A program made the position numbers and the translations under genes. 64,000 nucleotides of DNA, taken from the NCBI RefSeq assembly GCF_030013205.1, contig NZ_CP122648.1. One strand, given 5' to 3'. Position 1 is the first letter of the stretch; every line of letters begins with the position of its first letter. This DNA comes from Escherichia coli (GTDB lineage Bacteria; Pseudomonadota; Gammaproteobacteria; Enterobacterales; Enterobacteriaceae). Positions 18,647 through 31,345 of the stretch are shown here, piece after piece. The notes under the pieces are model-generated. The model was not told where the DNA came from, did not search any database, and saw only the letters and a program-made list of their open reading frames with translations.

Positions 18647-19585
18647 TTCCTCGCGCGTTGGCGCACAATCACCGCCCCGATGCCCGACAACCCACGACGC
18701 CACTGCATTGCCCAGTAATACAGCATCCGCCAGTGGCAGACCAGAGGCCAGCCCGGCAAGTACGCCACCTGCATGACTGTCGCCCGCCCCAATGGTGTCT
18801 ACAACTTGCGTTGGATATGCCGGAATGCAGCCAGAAGCGTCGTTGCTGAAATACCATGCGCCTTCTTTATCGAGACGAACGATCAACGGCGCGGCAAATT
18901 TCTCCTGCCATTGCTTGCCAAGTGTTGTTATCTCTGCGGATAAAGCAAAACGTTCGGCGGCAATCTCAGCCTCCTGACGATTGAGTGACACTAAAGGTCG
19001 ACAGGCCATGATCCGCGCCAGTAATGCGTCCGGGATATCGCCAATACGTGGGCCAAAATCGATAAACGGCGTCACGTCTTGCAGCTCTTCCAGCCATTCC
19101 ACTAACAATTCGCCGCAGGGCGAGGCCAGTTGATAACCGGAAAAATAGAGCAGGCTGCCAGGCGCAACGGTTAATCGCGCCAGCCACTGGCGATTCCATT
19201 GATTTTCCACACCGCTGAATGACATAAAAGTGCGTTCGCCATCCGGCTCAACCAGCGCCAGACACCAGCCGTTATCGCCTTCGGCGTTATCGATCAGGCT
19301 GATTAACCCCTCTTTCGCCATCCGGTTGCGAATAATCTCCGCCCACACGCCCTGACCGAGCGGCAAGGCATTACCCGCTTCGATGCCGAGGCGCTTTAAC
19401 GCCACGGCAATATTCAGTGCGCAGCCGCCAACGTTAACGCTCTGCTGTTTCAGTTCGATATCGCACCCGCGCCAGGGGAGGGCATAAGCGTCGGCGATCA
19501 CATCAATGACCGCCGCGCCGACGACCATCACCGGCTGACGCGTGGCTAATTCAGGCAGCAGCGTGTGTAATCGAGCGCCGCTCAT
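18620..19585 (-). CDS. yegV: PfkB-family sugar/nucleoside kinase
   Basis: 321 aa; ribokinase-like motifs (DTIGAGDSHAGG). Confidence 0.85.
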   Translation of the reverse strand: MSGARLHTLLPELATRQPVMVVGAAVIDVIADAYALPWRGCDIELKQQSVNVGGCALNIAVALKRLGIEAGNALPLGQGVWAEIIRNRMAKEGLISLIDNAEGDNGWCLALVEPDGERTFMSFSGVENQWNRQWLARLTVAPGSLLYFSGYQLASPCGELLVEWLEELQDVTPFIDFGPRIGDIPDALLARIMACRPLVSLNRQEAEIAAERFALSAEITTLGKQWQEKFAAPLIVRLDKEGAWYFSNDASGCIPAYPTQVVDTIGAGDSHAGGVLAGLASGLPLADAVLLGNAVASWVVGHRGGDCAPTREELLLAHKNV

Positions 19586-20586
19586 ATCGCCTCCCGTTGT
19601 TGGCGATACTTCGCCAGCGCCGTGGCATAGCGGTTGAAATCAAGCTGATTTACCGCATCCAGTTCCGCCTTTAACGCAGGATCGATAGCGTTAATGCCAT
19701 GCAACGCGCCGCAGATTGCCGTCGCCATAGCACCGATGGTGTCTGTATCGCCGCCAAGGTTAGCGCAGAGGACGGCGCAACGGTTCGGATCGGTTTGTGC
19801 CAGTTCAACCAGCGCAATGGCGCACGGAACGGACTCAATAGTGCTGGTACCTGCGCCAACGACCTGGTAAAGCTGTTCGCTGGCGGATTCGATGCCGTCG
19901 GCATTGCGCACAATTTTCAGCGCAATCTCCAGACGTGCTGCCAGTGAGGCGCTGAAGGTAGTGATGCGTTTTTGTTGAGCATGTCGCGCAATTGAAGGCA
20001 GTGGATCAACAATTGCTGACCAGCTTTCTCCGTCAATGGCACGAGAAATCGCCCATGCGATGACTACCGCCCCCGCAACCGCCAGATCGGATTTATGTGT
20101 CGGGCTGGAGGCCAGCGCCACATCATCAATAAAGGAATCAACATCACGCGCCGGAAGCAAACAACCTAATGGCGAGACGCGCATCGCTGCGCCGTTGGTC
20201 ACGCCGTTATTTTCCAGTTCAGCAACGGGTTTACCGTCGCGAATGGCGTTAAGCGCAATCTTCGAGGTCGGACCTAGTACGTTTTTGTTAAAGGCGTCGA
20301 AACGCAGCGCCCAGTCGAGAATATTACGCCCAATCAGATCCGGATCGATCTTGCCTTCACGTTCCAGTAACGCATCCGCCAGACACAGCGCCATCGAGGT
20401 ATCGTCGGTGAATTCGGCGCGGTTAAAATAACAGGCTGCGTTATTCTCCTTTGGCCCAGGCAGAAAACGGTCAATCCAGCCAAAGTGCGCTTTGACGCGA
20501 CTGCGCGGCCAAAGCTCGGAGGGCATCCCCATCGCATCCCCTAACGCCTGCCCATAAAGAGCACCGAGAATACGTTCTGTTTTCAT
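19582..20586 (-). CDS. yegU: ADP-ribosylglycohydrolase family protein
   Basis: 334 aa; overlaps yegV and yegT ends (operon). Confidence 0.8.
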   Translation of the reverse strand: MKTERILGALYGQALGDAMGMPSELWPRSRVKAHFGWIDRFLPGPKENNAACYFNRAEFTDDTSMALCLADALLEREGKIDPDLIGRNILDWALRFDAFNKNVLGPTSKIALNAIRDGKPVAELENNGVTNGAAMRVSPLGCLLPARDVDSFIDDVALASSPTHKSDLAVAGAVVIAWAISRAIDGESWSAIVDPLPSIARHAQQKRITTFSASLAARLEIALKIVRNADGIESASEQLYQVVGAGTSTIESVPCAIALVELAQTDPNRCAVLCANLGGDTDTIGAMATAICGALHGINAIDPALKAELDAVNQLDFNRYATALAKYRQQREAI

Positions 20587-21860
20587 TTAACTTCCCCTTG
20601 TGTCAACGCAATATCGCGATCATCGACCTTGATAGCCGTAATTTCGTTGTCGGATTCGCGGAAAAAAATCATGAACAGCACGGCGATAATGGCAATCATC
20701 ACCGCGCCGAAAGTCCACATCCCGGACCAGTTGAAAGTCAGTCCGTTTACCGGTTCCTGATAAGCGAACATCTTTTCCATCATCACACCGCCAAGACGAT
20801 AGCCGAGCAAACTGCCGAAGCCCTGGCAGCAGAGCGTGATCAGCCCCTGCGCGGCGGTACGCATATGCACGGGGGCTTTTTTATCGACATAGATGTAAGC
20901 GGTAACGTAGTAAAAATCGTAACTTACGCCGTGCAGCAAAATGCCGAGGAACAGTAACGCGTAGGTGAAATATTCATCCGCACTACCGTAAATAAAGAAG
21001 CCATAGCGGATCGCAGCGGTGACCAGACCAAGTAATAATACCTTTTTGATACCAAAGCGTTTGGTGAAAAACGGCAATGCCAGCATAAAGACGATTTCAG
21101 AGAACTGGCCGAGCGTCATCCAGCCAGTGGCGTTTTTCATACCGACTTCGGTCAGATAACCGTTGGCAAAGATGTAATAGAACGCCAGTGGCATCGCAAA
21201 CAGGAATGAACAGAAGAAAAAGACGAGGAAGTTTTTATCGCGCAGCAGGATCAGCGCATCCAGGCCGAGCATGACTTTAATGTCCATTTTGCCGGTGCTT
21301 TTTGGCGGCGTGTCGGGCAGGAAAAACGCAAACACACCGAGCAGAGCAGAACTTCCGGCGGTAATCAGCAGCGGGATGTTAGTCGGAGAAATATCGGCAT
21401 AACCCAGCATTTGCGGCAAAAATCCACATGCCAGACCGGAGGCAATCCAGCCGATAGTGCCCATCACACGAATGCGTGGGAAATCACGCTCCACATCCGG
21501 CACGTTGGCAAAAGCGATACTGTTAGTCAGCGCAATGGTCGGCATATAGGTTAGCGAGTAGGCCAGCAGTAACGGGAAGAACCCGGCAAAAGTGGTCTGT
21601 TGCGCAGCGAAATACATCAGCGCCGCACCAGCGAACATCAATACCGCCAGCACTTTCTGCGCCGAGAAAAAGCGGTCAGTGATGGAGCCAACCAGAATTG
21701 GCGACAGGATCGCCGCAATGGCGGTACAGGCATACGACCAGCCAATTTCTCCGGCACTAAAACCGCTTTTACTTAACCACAACCACAATGGCACAAACCA
21801 CGCGCCCCAGATAAACCATTCAACAAACATCATGAACGACAGCTTTGCTGTTGTTTTCAT
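20583..21860 (-). CDS. yegT: MFS nucleoside transporter (NHS family)
   Basis: 425 aa polytopic membrane protein. Confidence 0.85.
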   Translation of the reverse strand: MKTTAKLSFMMFVEWFIWGAWFVPLWLWLSKSGFSAGEIGWSYACTAIAAILSPILVGSITDRFFSAQKVLAVLMFAGAALMYFAAQQTTFAGFFPLLLAYSLTYMPTIALTNSIAFANVPDVERDFPRIRVMGTIGWIASGLACGFLPQMLGYADISPTNIPLLITAGSSALLGVFAFFLPDTPPKSTGKMDIKVMLGLDALILLRDKNFLVFFFCSFLFAMPLAFYYIFANGYLTEVGMKNATGWMTLGQFSEIVFMLALPFFTKRFGIKKVLLLGLVTAAIRYGFFIYGSADEYFTYALLFLGILLHGVSYDFYYVTAYIYVDKKAPVHMRTAAQGLITLCCQGFGSLLGYRLGGVMMEKMFAYQEPVNGLTFNWSGMWTFGAVMIAIIAVLFMIFFRESDNEITAIKVDDRDIALTQGEVK

Positions 21861-22116
21861 CTTTTAATTCCTTCATGACAGGTAATGTAAGGTACGCGAT
21901 GACAATACCATTTAATAATACCTTTTAAATACCTTTGCGGTGAAAACTTGACCGCGGTAACATTTTTTCTGATGAATCGAGCCAACAGAAAACGCTGAAA
22001 AAACATCCAAAAGATGGAAAAACTCGCCTGTAACGACCAGGATTATGATTGCCCGCAAAAGGCGGGCCAGGACAATCCATAGCCGATATCCAATCGGAAT
22101 TTACGGGAGCATAGTA

Positions 22117-23169
22117 ATGACAGATATTGCGCAGTTGCTTGGCAAAGACGCCGACAACCTTTTACAGCACCGTTGTATGACTATTCCTTCTGACCAGCTT
22201 TATCTCCCCGGACATGACTACGTAGACCGCGTGATGATTGACAATAATCGCCCGCCAGCGGTGTTACGTAATATGCAGACGTTGTACAACACTGGGCGTC
22301 TGGCTGGCACAGGATATCTTTCTATTCTGCCCGTTGACCAGGGCGTTGAGCACTCTGCCGGAGCTTCATTTGCCGCTAACCCGCTCTACTTTGACCCGAA
22401 AAACATTGTTGAACTGGCGATCGAAGCGGGCTGTAACTGTGTGGCGTCAACTTACGGCGTGCTGGCGTCGGTATCGCGGCGTTACGCGCATCGCATTCCA
22501 TTCCTCGTCAAACTTAATCACAACGAGACGCTAAGTTACCCGAATACCTACGATCAAACGCTGTATGCCAGCGTGGAGCAGGCGTTCAACATGGGCGCGG
22601 TGGCGGTTGGTGCGACTATCTATTTTGGCTCGGAAGAGTCACGTCGCCAGATTGAAGAAATTTCTGCGGCTTTTGAACGTGCGCACGAGCTGGGCATGGT
22701 GACAGTGCTGTGGGCCTATTTGCGTAACTCCGCCTTTAAGAAAGATGGCGTTGATTACCATGTTTCCGCCGACCTGACTGGTCAGGCGAACCATCTGGCG
22801 GCAACCATAGGTGCAGATATCGTCAAACAAAAAATGGCTGAAAATAACGGCGGCTATAAAGCGATTAATTACGGTTATACCGACGATCGCGTGTACAGCA
22901 AGTTGACCAGCGAAAACCCGATTGATCTGGTGCGTTATCAGTTAGCTAACTGCTATATGGGCCGCGCAGGGTTGATAAACTCCGGCGGTGCTGCAGGCGG
23001 TGAAACTGACCTCAGCGATGCAGTGCGTACTGCGATTATCAACAAACGCGCTGGCGGAATGGGGCTGATTCTTGGACGTAAGGCGTTCAAGAAATCGATG
23101 GCTGACGGCGTGAAACTGATTAACGCCGTGCAGGACGTTTATCTCGATAGCAAAATTACTATCGCCTGA
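22117..23169 (+). CDS. fbaB: Fructose-bisphosphate aldolase class I
   Basis: 350 aa from ATG 22117 ([10 protein letters not shown]…) with GGGAG RBS; ORF-track 374 aa is an upstream extension. Confidence 0.85.
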   Translation: MTDIAQLLGKDADNLLQHRCMTIPSDQLYLPGHDYVDRVMIDNNRPPAVLRNMQTLYNTGRLAGTGYLSILPVDQGVEHSAGASFAANPLYFDPKNIVELAIEAGCNCVASTYGVLASVSRRYAHRIPFLVKLNHNETLSYPNTYDQTLYASVEQAFNMGAVAVGATIYFGSEESRRQIEEISAAFERAHELGMVTVLWAYLRNSAFKKDGVDYHVSADLTGQANHLAATIGADIVKQKMAENNGGYKAINYGYTDDRVYSKLTSENPIDLVRYQLANCYMGRAGLINSGGAAGGETDLSDAVRTAIINKRAGGMGLILGRKAFKKSMADGVKLINAVQDVYLDSKITIA

Positions 23170-23253
23170 TACGCCTTATACGAACAGCACTACCCCGTAT
23201 GACGGAAAAGGCGTTTACGTCGCATCCGGCATAAAAACACGCGCACTTTGCTA

Positions 23254-23282
23254 CGGCTTCCCTATCGGGAGGCCGTTTTTTT
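23254..23282 (+). terminator. Rho-independent terminator after fbaB
   Basis: Hairpin CGGCTTCCC-TATC-GGGAGGCCG followed by T7 run. Confidence 0.6.
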
Positions 23283-23342
23283 GCCTGTCATTCTGATTAA
23301 TTTTCGAATTGTCGTTTTTGTGATCGTTATCTCGACATTTAA

Positions 23343-25542
<2,200 letters not shown>

Positions 25543-25551
25543 GGACGGTAT

Positions 25552-26004
25552 ATGACTAACCTGTTTGTTCGTAGCGGAATTTCTTTTGTCGATCGTAGCG
25601 AAGTTTTAACCCATATCGGTAATGAGATGCTCGCGAAAGGTGTGGTTCATGATACATGGCCACAGGCATTAATTGCCAGAGAAGCAGAATTCCCTACCGG
25701 GATAATGCTTGAGCAGCACGCCATTGCAATACCGCATTGTGAGGCGATTCATGCTAAGTCGTCAGCCATTTATCTGTTAAGGCCAACAAATAAAGTTCAT
25801 TTTCAGCAAGCGGATGATGATAACGACGTGGCGGTATCGTTGGTTATTGCGTTAATTGTGGAAAATCCGCAGCAGCAATTGAAACTTTTACGCTGTTTAT
25901 TTGGCAAGTTACAACAGCCCGAGATCGTCGAGACACTAATCACTCTTCCTGAAACCCAGTTAAAGGAATACTTCACAAAGTATGTTTTAGATTCAGACGA
26001 ATAA
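25552..26004 (+). CDS. gatA: Galactitol PTS EIIA component
   Basis: 150 aa. Confidence 0.9.
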   Translation: MTNLFVRSGISFVDRSEVLTHIGNEMLAKGVVHDTWPQALIAREAEFPTGIMLEQHAIAIPHCEAIHAKSSAIYLLRPTNKVHFQQADDDNDVAVSLVIALIVENPQQQLKLLRCLFGKLQQPEIVETLITLPETQLKEYFTKYVLDSDE

Positions 26005-26034
26005 ATCCCTCTGTAACAATAAAAAGGACTATTT

Positions 26035-26319
26035 ATGAAACGCAAGATTATTGTCGCTTGCGGAGGCGCGGTTGCGACCTCTACGATGGCGGCGGAAGAA
26101 ATTAAAGAGTTGTGTCAGAGTCATAATATTCCTGTTGAATTAATCCAGTGTCGGGTTAATGAAATAGAAACCTATATGGATGGCGTGCATTTGATATGCA
26201 CCACTGCCAGGGTGGATCGAAGTTTTGGCGATATTCCGTTAGTTCACGGCATGCCTTTTGTTTCTGGTGTCGGTATCGAAGCATTACAAAATAAAATTCT
26301 GACTATCTTACAGGGGTGA
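26035..26319 (+). CDS. gatB: Galactitol PTS EIIB component
   Basis: 94 aa. Confidence 0.9.
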
Positions 26320-26322
26320 CCT

Positions 26323-27336
26323 ATGTTTTCAGAAGTCATGCGTTATATTCTCGACCTCGGCCCTACGGTGATGCTGCCAATTGTCATCATTATTTTTTCT
26401 AAAATATTAGGCATGAAGGCAGGCGATTGCTTTAAAGCGGGTCTGCATATCGGGATTGGCTTTGTTGGCATTGGCCTTGTGATTGGCTTAATGCTGGATT
26501 CCATTGGCCCGGCGGCGAAAGCGATGGCGGAAAATTTCGACCTGAATCTGCATGTGGTCGATGTCGGTTGGCCGGGCTCTTCACCAATGACCTGGGCGTC
26601 GCAAATTGCGCTGGTGGCGATTCCGATTGCGATTCTGGTTAACGTGGCGATGCTACTGACCCGTATGACGCGGGTGGTAAATGTTGATATCTGGAATATC
26701 TGGCATATGACCTTCACCGGCGCATTGCTGCATCTGGCAACCGGTTCATGGATGATAGGGATGGCGGGTGTGGTAATTCACGCGGCGTTTGTTTATAAGC
26801 TCGGCGACTGGTTTGCCCGCGATACCCGAAATTTCTTTGAGCTGGAAGGCATTGCTATTCCGCACGGTACGTCGGCGTATCTGGGGCATACGGCGGTGGT
26901 ATCGGCAAGCCTGATTTTTATCCCGCTCACCATTTTAATTGCTGTTTGTGTGCCGGGTAATCAGGTGCTGCCGTTTGGCGATCTTGCAACTATCGGCTTC
27001 TTTGTGGCGATGGCAGTTGCCGTGCATCGTGGAAATCTGTTCCGCACCTTAATCTCGGGTGTCATCATTATGAGCATCACCCTGTGGATCGCGACGCAAA
27101 CTATTGGTTTGCACACCCAACTGGCGGCTAATGCTGGGGCGTTAAAAGCCGGGGGTATGGTGGCTTCAATGGATCAGGGCGGTTCTCCCATTACCTGGTT
27201 ACTGATTCAGGTTTTCTCCCCGCAAAATATTCCCGGTTTCATTATTATCGGCGCAATTTATCTGACCGGTATTTTCATGACCTGGCGTAGAGCGCGTGGT
27301 TTTATTAAACAAGAGAAAGCCGTTCTCGCAGAATAA
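26323..27336 (+). CDS. gatC: Galactitol PTS EIIC component (appears shortened, 337 aa)
   Basis: Recognised GatC N- and C-terminal sequence, but ~114 aa shorter than the ~451 aa I recall for K-12; junction near …GTSAY|LGHTAVV…. Confidence 0.75.
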   Translation: MFSEVMRYILDLGPTVMLPIVIIIFSKILGMKAGDCFKAGLHIGIGFVGIGLVIGLMLDSIGPAAKAMAENFDLNLHVVDVGWPGSSPMTWASQIALVAIPIAILVNVAMLLTRMTRVVNVDIWNIWHMTFTGALLHLATGSWMIGMAGVVIHAAFVYKLGDWFARDTRNFFELEGIAIPHGTSAYLGHTAVVSASLIFIPLTILIAVCVPGNQVLPFGDLATIGFFVAMAVAVHRGNLFRTLISGVIIMSITLWIATQTIGLHTQLAANAGALKAGGMVASMDQGGSPITWLLIQVFSPQNIPGFIIIGAIYLTGIFMTWRRARGFIKQEKAVLAE

Positions 27337-27383
27337 TTTTTACCTGAGGGGGAGGTAATCCCCCTTAACAATCAGGAGTTTTT

Positions 27384-28424
27384 ATGAAATCAGTGGTGAA
27401 TGATACTGATGGTATCGTGCGCATTGCAGAAAGCGTCATTCCTGAAATTAAACATCAGGATGAGGTACGGGTAAAAATTGCCAGCTCGGGCTTATGTGGT
27501 TCCGATTTACCCAGGATATTTAAAAATGGTGCACATTATTATCCAATAACGTTAGGCCATGAATTTAGCGGCTATATTGATGCGGTGGGATCCGGTGTTG
27601 ATGATTTACACCCTGGCGATGCGGTTGCCTGTGTGCCGTTATTACCCTGTTTTACTTGTCCAGAGTGTTTGAAAGGGTTTTATTCCCAGTGCGCAAAATA
27701 TGATTTTATTGGCTCGCGGCGTGATGGTGGATTTGCTGAATATATTGTCGTTAAGCGAAAAAATGTCTTTGCTCTACCCACGGATATGTCTATTGAGGAT
27801 GGGGCTTTTATTGAGCCGATTACCGTTGGCCTGCATGCTTTTCATTTAGCGCAAGGTTGTGAGAATAAAAACGTTATTATTATTGGTGCCGGAACCATTG
27901 GCCTGCTGGCTATTCAGTGCGCTGTCGCGCTGGGAGCAAAGAGTGTGACGGCTATCGACATTAGCTCAGAAAAACTGGCACTGGCAAAATCTTTCGGTGC
28001 GATGCAAACATTTAACAGCCTTGAAATGAGCGCGCCGCAAATGCAGGGCGTTTTACGCGAGCTGCGCTTTAATCAGCTTATCCTCGAGACGGCTGGCGTC
28101 CCGCAAACCGTCGAACTGGCGGTAGAGATTGCCGGGCCTCATGCCCAGCTGGCGCTGGTGGGCACGTTGCATCAGGATCTGCATTTAACATCGACAACGT
28201 TTGGCAAAATATTACGTAAAGAGCTGACGGTTATCGGCAGCTGGATGAACTACTCCAGCCCTTGGCCGGGGCAGGAGTGGGAAACGGCGAGCCGGTTGCT
28301 GACAGAACGTAAGTTAAGCCTGGAGCCATTAATCGCTCACCGTGGAAGCTTTGAAAGCTTCACCCAGGCGGTGCGTGACATCGCTCGTAATGCTATGCCG
28401 GGCAAAGTGTTGCTCATTCCTTGA
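27384..28424 (+). CDS. gatD: Galactitol-1-phosphate 5-dehydrogenase (zinc-dependent ADH family)
   Basis: 346 aa. Confidence 0.9.
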   Translation: MKSVVNDTDGIVRIAESVIPEIKHQDEVRVKIASSGLCGSDLPRIFKNGAHYYPITLGHEFSGYIDAVGSGVDDLHPGDAVACVPLLPCFTCPECLKGFYSQCAKYDFIGSRRDGGFAEYIVVKRKNVFALPTDMSIEDGAFIEPITVGLHAFHLAQGCENKNVIIIGAGTIGLLAIQCAVALGAKSVTAIDISSEKLALAKSFGAMQTFNSLEMSAPQMQGVLRELRFNQLILETAGVPQTVELAVEIAGPHAQLALVGTLHQDLHLTSTTFGKILRKELTVIGSWMNYSSPWPGQEWETASRLLTERKLSLEPLIAHRGSFESFTQAVRDIARNAMPGKVLLIP

Positions 28425-28429
28425 AACCG

Positions 28430-28460
28430 CGGGCCAGCGTGATGCTGGCCCGGTATTGTG
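28430..28460 (+). terminator. Candidate terminator after gatD
   Basis: Hairpin CGGGCCAGC-GTGAT-GCTGGCCCG followed by weakly T-rich tract. Confidence 0.45.
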
Positions 28461-28523
28461 CAAAACAGATCATTCACCAATGGTCCCCCTTCGTTTACAC
28501 TAACCACAATTGAATATGGGTAA

Positions 28524-29303
28524 ATGACGATGAATTCATTCGAGCGAAGGAATAAGATCATCCAATTAGTGAATGAACAGGGAACCGTGCTTGTTCAGGA
28601 TCTGGCGGGAGTATTTGCTGCATCGGAAGCGACAATCCGTGCCGATTTGCGCTTTCTCGAACAAAAAGGCGTGGTTACGCGCTTTCATGGCGGTGCGGCG
28701 AAAATAATGTCCGGTAATAGTGAAACCGAGACCCAGGAAGTCGGGTTTAAAGCGCGATTTCAGCTCGCCAGCGCGCCAAAAAACAGAATAGCGCAGGCGG
28801 CAGTCAAAATGATCCACGAAGGGATGACCGTTATTCTCGACAGCGGAAGTACGACAATGCTTATCGCCGAAGGATTAATGACCGCCAAAAATATCACGGT
28901 GATTACCAACAGTCTCCCGGCAGCGTTTGCCCTTTCCGAAAATAAAGACATTACTCTGGTTGTCTGTGGTGGCACGGTCCGCCATAAAACGCGCTCGATG
29001 CATGGTTCCATTGCCGAGCGTTCATTACAGGATATTAATGCCGATTTAATGTTTGTCGGTGCTGATGGTATTGATGCGGTTAATGGTATTACGACCTTTA
29101 ATGAAGGTTATTCGATTAGCGGGGCGATGGTCACAGCCGCAAATAAAGTGATTGCCGTTCTCGATTCATCGAAATTTAATCGTCGCGGTTTTAATCAGGT
29201 ACTGCCAATCGAAAAAATTGACATTATTATTACCGACGATGCCGTGTCAGAGGTGGATAAACTGGCATTGCAGAAGACACGGGTAAAATTAATTACGGTG
29301 TAG
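28524..29303 (+). CDS. gatR: DeoR-family repressor of the gat operon (uninterrupted)
   Basis: 259 aa continuous ORF with N-terminal DeoR-type HTH and sugar-binding C-domain. Confidence 0.85.
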   Translation: MTMNSFERRNKIIQLVNEQGTVLVQDLAGVFAASEATIRADLRFLEQKGVVTRFHGGAAKIMSGNSETETQEVGFKARFQLASAPKNRIAQAAVKMIHEGMTVILDSGSTTMLIAEGLMTAKNITVITNSLPAAFALSENKDITLVVCGGTVRHKTRSMHGSIAERSLQDINADLMFVGADGIDAVNGITTFNEGYSISGAMVTAANKVIAVLDSSKFNRRGFNQVLPIEKIDIIITDDAVSEVDKLALQKTRVKLITV

Positions 29304-29312
29304 TATTGTTCT

Positions 29313-29352
29313 GTATGCCGGATAAGGTGTTTACACCGCATCCGGCATTACG
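29313..29352. repeat. REP (repetitive extragenic palindromic) element
   Basis: GCCGGATAAGG…GCATCCGGCA palindromic unit typical of E. coli REP. Confidence 0.55.
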
Positions 29353-29384
29353 GATTCTCCCTGGTTCAAGAGAGAATAGTTTGA

Positions 29385-30284
29385 TTAACGCAATAATGGA
29401 CAATCTGGTGGTAATCGACAACGTAACGCCGCCGGAAGTATTTCAATATGGAAGTTTTGCCCACTCAACGGTTCGCCATCAAGATTAAAAGTGATTTCGT
29501 GTGGGGCTTGTATATCAAACCACGACGAAGCGCCTTCGATAATATTCGGGTTATCTTCGTCAGATTTTAAGGTTGATACGAGAGCTGGAAGAATTTCATC
29601 GCCGGTAAAAATGCGCAGTTGCAGCAGGCCATCGTTAATTAACGCGTTCGGGCACAATTGCTGACCGCCACCGGCCTGACGCCCGTTACCAATACCAATG
29701 ACCAGGGCGTCACCTTGCCAGTGAAAGTTTTCACCGCGGATCTCACAACGGTCCGGTTGCAGAGTATCCATGCGCATTAAGCCATGAATGATGTAAGAGA
29801 CGCCACCCAGCGCGGCTTTTAATTTTTCCGGCGTTTCTGTGGTAATACGCGTCCCAAACCCGCCTGTCGCCATATTAATAAAACAGGTTTGTTTGTTGAC
29901 CTGCGCCATATCTATCGCAATGGCGTTACCGGCAATTGCCAGTTTCAGCGCCTTATCCAGAGCCTCAGGAATCCCTACACTAGTGGCAAAATCATTGGCG
30001 GTTCCTAATGGTAAAATTCCCAGCGCGGGTATGTCATCCCCCTCACACTGAATCAACGCCGTAGAAACTTCATTAATGGTGCCATCGCCACCACCGGCAA
30101 TCACCGTTGCGACGCCCAACTTCCGTGCCTCCTCTACATATCGTGCGGCATCGCCTTTCTCCCAGGTGACCCGCACATGGATCGTCATTCCTTCCTCACG
30201 CAACAGCATAATTGCTTCGCGCAAGGGTAGATTGTCAGTACTTTTGCCATTAAGAATCAGTAAGCTGGCGGGAAATTCTGCCAT
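29385..30284 (-). CDS. yegS: Lipid kinase (DAGK-catalytic-domain family)
   Basis: 299 aa with GGDGT motif. Confidence 0.85.
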   Translation of the reverse strand: MAEFPASLLILNGKSTDNLPLREAIMLLREEGMTIHVRVTWEKGDAARYVEEARKLGVATVIAGGGDGTINEVSTALIQCEGDDIPALGILPLGTANDFATSVGIPEALDKALKLAIAGNAIAIDMAQVNKQTCFINMATGGFGTRITTETPEKLKAALGGVSYIIHGLMRMDTLQPDRCEIRGENFHWQGDALVIGIGNGRQAGGGQQLCPNALINDGLLQLRIFTGDEILPALVSTLKSDEDNPNIIEGASSWFDIQAPHEITFNLDGEPLSGQNFHIEILPAALRCRLPPDCPLLR

Positions 30285-30698
30285 GATCGTATGTGCCTTT
30301 ATGATTGGTCTGTAGATAGTGTAGAGCAGAAAAGAAAAGGTGGAGTCAGAACAGGATGAAAGTCTGAGGATAAAAAGTCAGTTCAAGTATGGAGGATTCA
30401 GTGGTTACCACCAGGAGCTTGCAATGGGGACAGTGAATGTTAACGGTAGCCATAGGTAAATTTCAAAAAAGAGCATATACCTAATATTCAACTAAACAGT
30501 GGCATCTTCAATATACTATTCAAAATATATTTAAGCCACCCATAGGGTTACCCGGAAGGGCCTCCGTGTCTGTAATTCCTACTTATGTAGGAAATGTTGT
30601 ACAAAACATTTATTATAATCCTATTCAAATATAATAATCAGCCATTATTATATTTGAACACTAGAGAGTGTCGTTGGTATTTAATGGGGGAAGGTGAG

Positions 30699-31016
30699 AT
30701 GAAAAAGATAGCTGCTATATCATTAATTAGTATTTTTCTTATGTCTGGGTGTGCTGTGCATAATGATGAGACAAGTATCGGTAAATTTGGCCTTGCATAT
30801 AAAAGTAATATTCAGCGTAAACTCGATAACCAATACTACACCGAAGCCGAAGCTTCTTTAGCCAGGGGCAGAATTTCTGGTGCAGAAAATATAGTAAAAA
30901 ATGATGCAGCTCATTTCTGTGTTACTCAGGGCAAAAAAATGCAGATAGTTGACCTGAAGACAGAAGGTGCAGGATTACATGGCGTCGCTCGTCTGACATT
31001 CAAATGTGGAGAGTGA
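30699..31016 (+). CDS. yegR: Small lipoprotein
   Basis: 105 aa from ATG 30699 (MKKIAAISLISIFLMSGC, lipobox) with GGGGAAGG RBS; ORF-track start is an upstream extension. Confidence 0.7.
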   Translation: MKKIAAISLISIFLMSGCAVHNDETSIGKFGLAYKSNIQRKLDNQYYTEAEASLARGRISGAENIVKNDAAHFCVTQGKKMQIVDLKTEGAGLHGVARLTFKCGE

Positions 31017-31174
31017 GAATATTTTTTGGTAAGCGTCAAACATGCGCGTTCTGGTTGTGCGTAGCCGGAACCTGTGCGAGCACGATGCCGTTACGTGAAA
31101 GGCATCGTGCTATGAAGGGGGATTCTATCGATTTGGTCAATGGAAGACGGGGACCAGGGATAGGGCTTATGCAT

Positions 31175-31261
31175 AAAAAATAAGCCCGTGTAAGGGAGAT
31201 TACACAGGCTAAGGAGGTGGTTCCTGGTACAGCTAGCATTTTATGGGTTATGTTTTTCAGC
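31175..31261 (-). ncRNA. cyaR: CyaR (RyeE) Hfq-dependent sRNA
   Basis: Minus-strand sequence GCUGAAAAACAUAACCCAUAAAAUGCUAGCUGUACCAGGAACCACCUCCUUAGCCUGUGUAAUCUCCCUUACACGGGCUUAUUUUUU matches CyaR including terminator hairpin. Confidence 0.85.
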
Positions 31262-31345
31262 GAAACGGATGATAACCTTAATAAATGCAGCTGTATGTGA
31301 TCGGTTTCTAAGAATTTTCCATCCGGGAAAAATAATCGAAATTAA

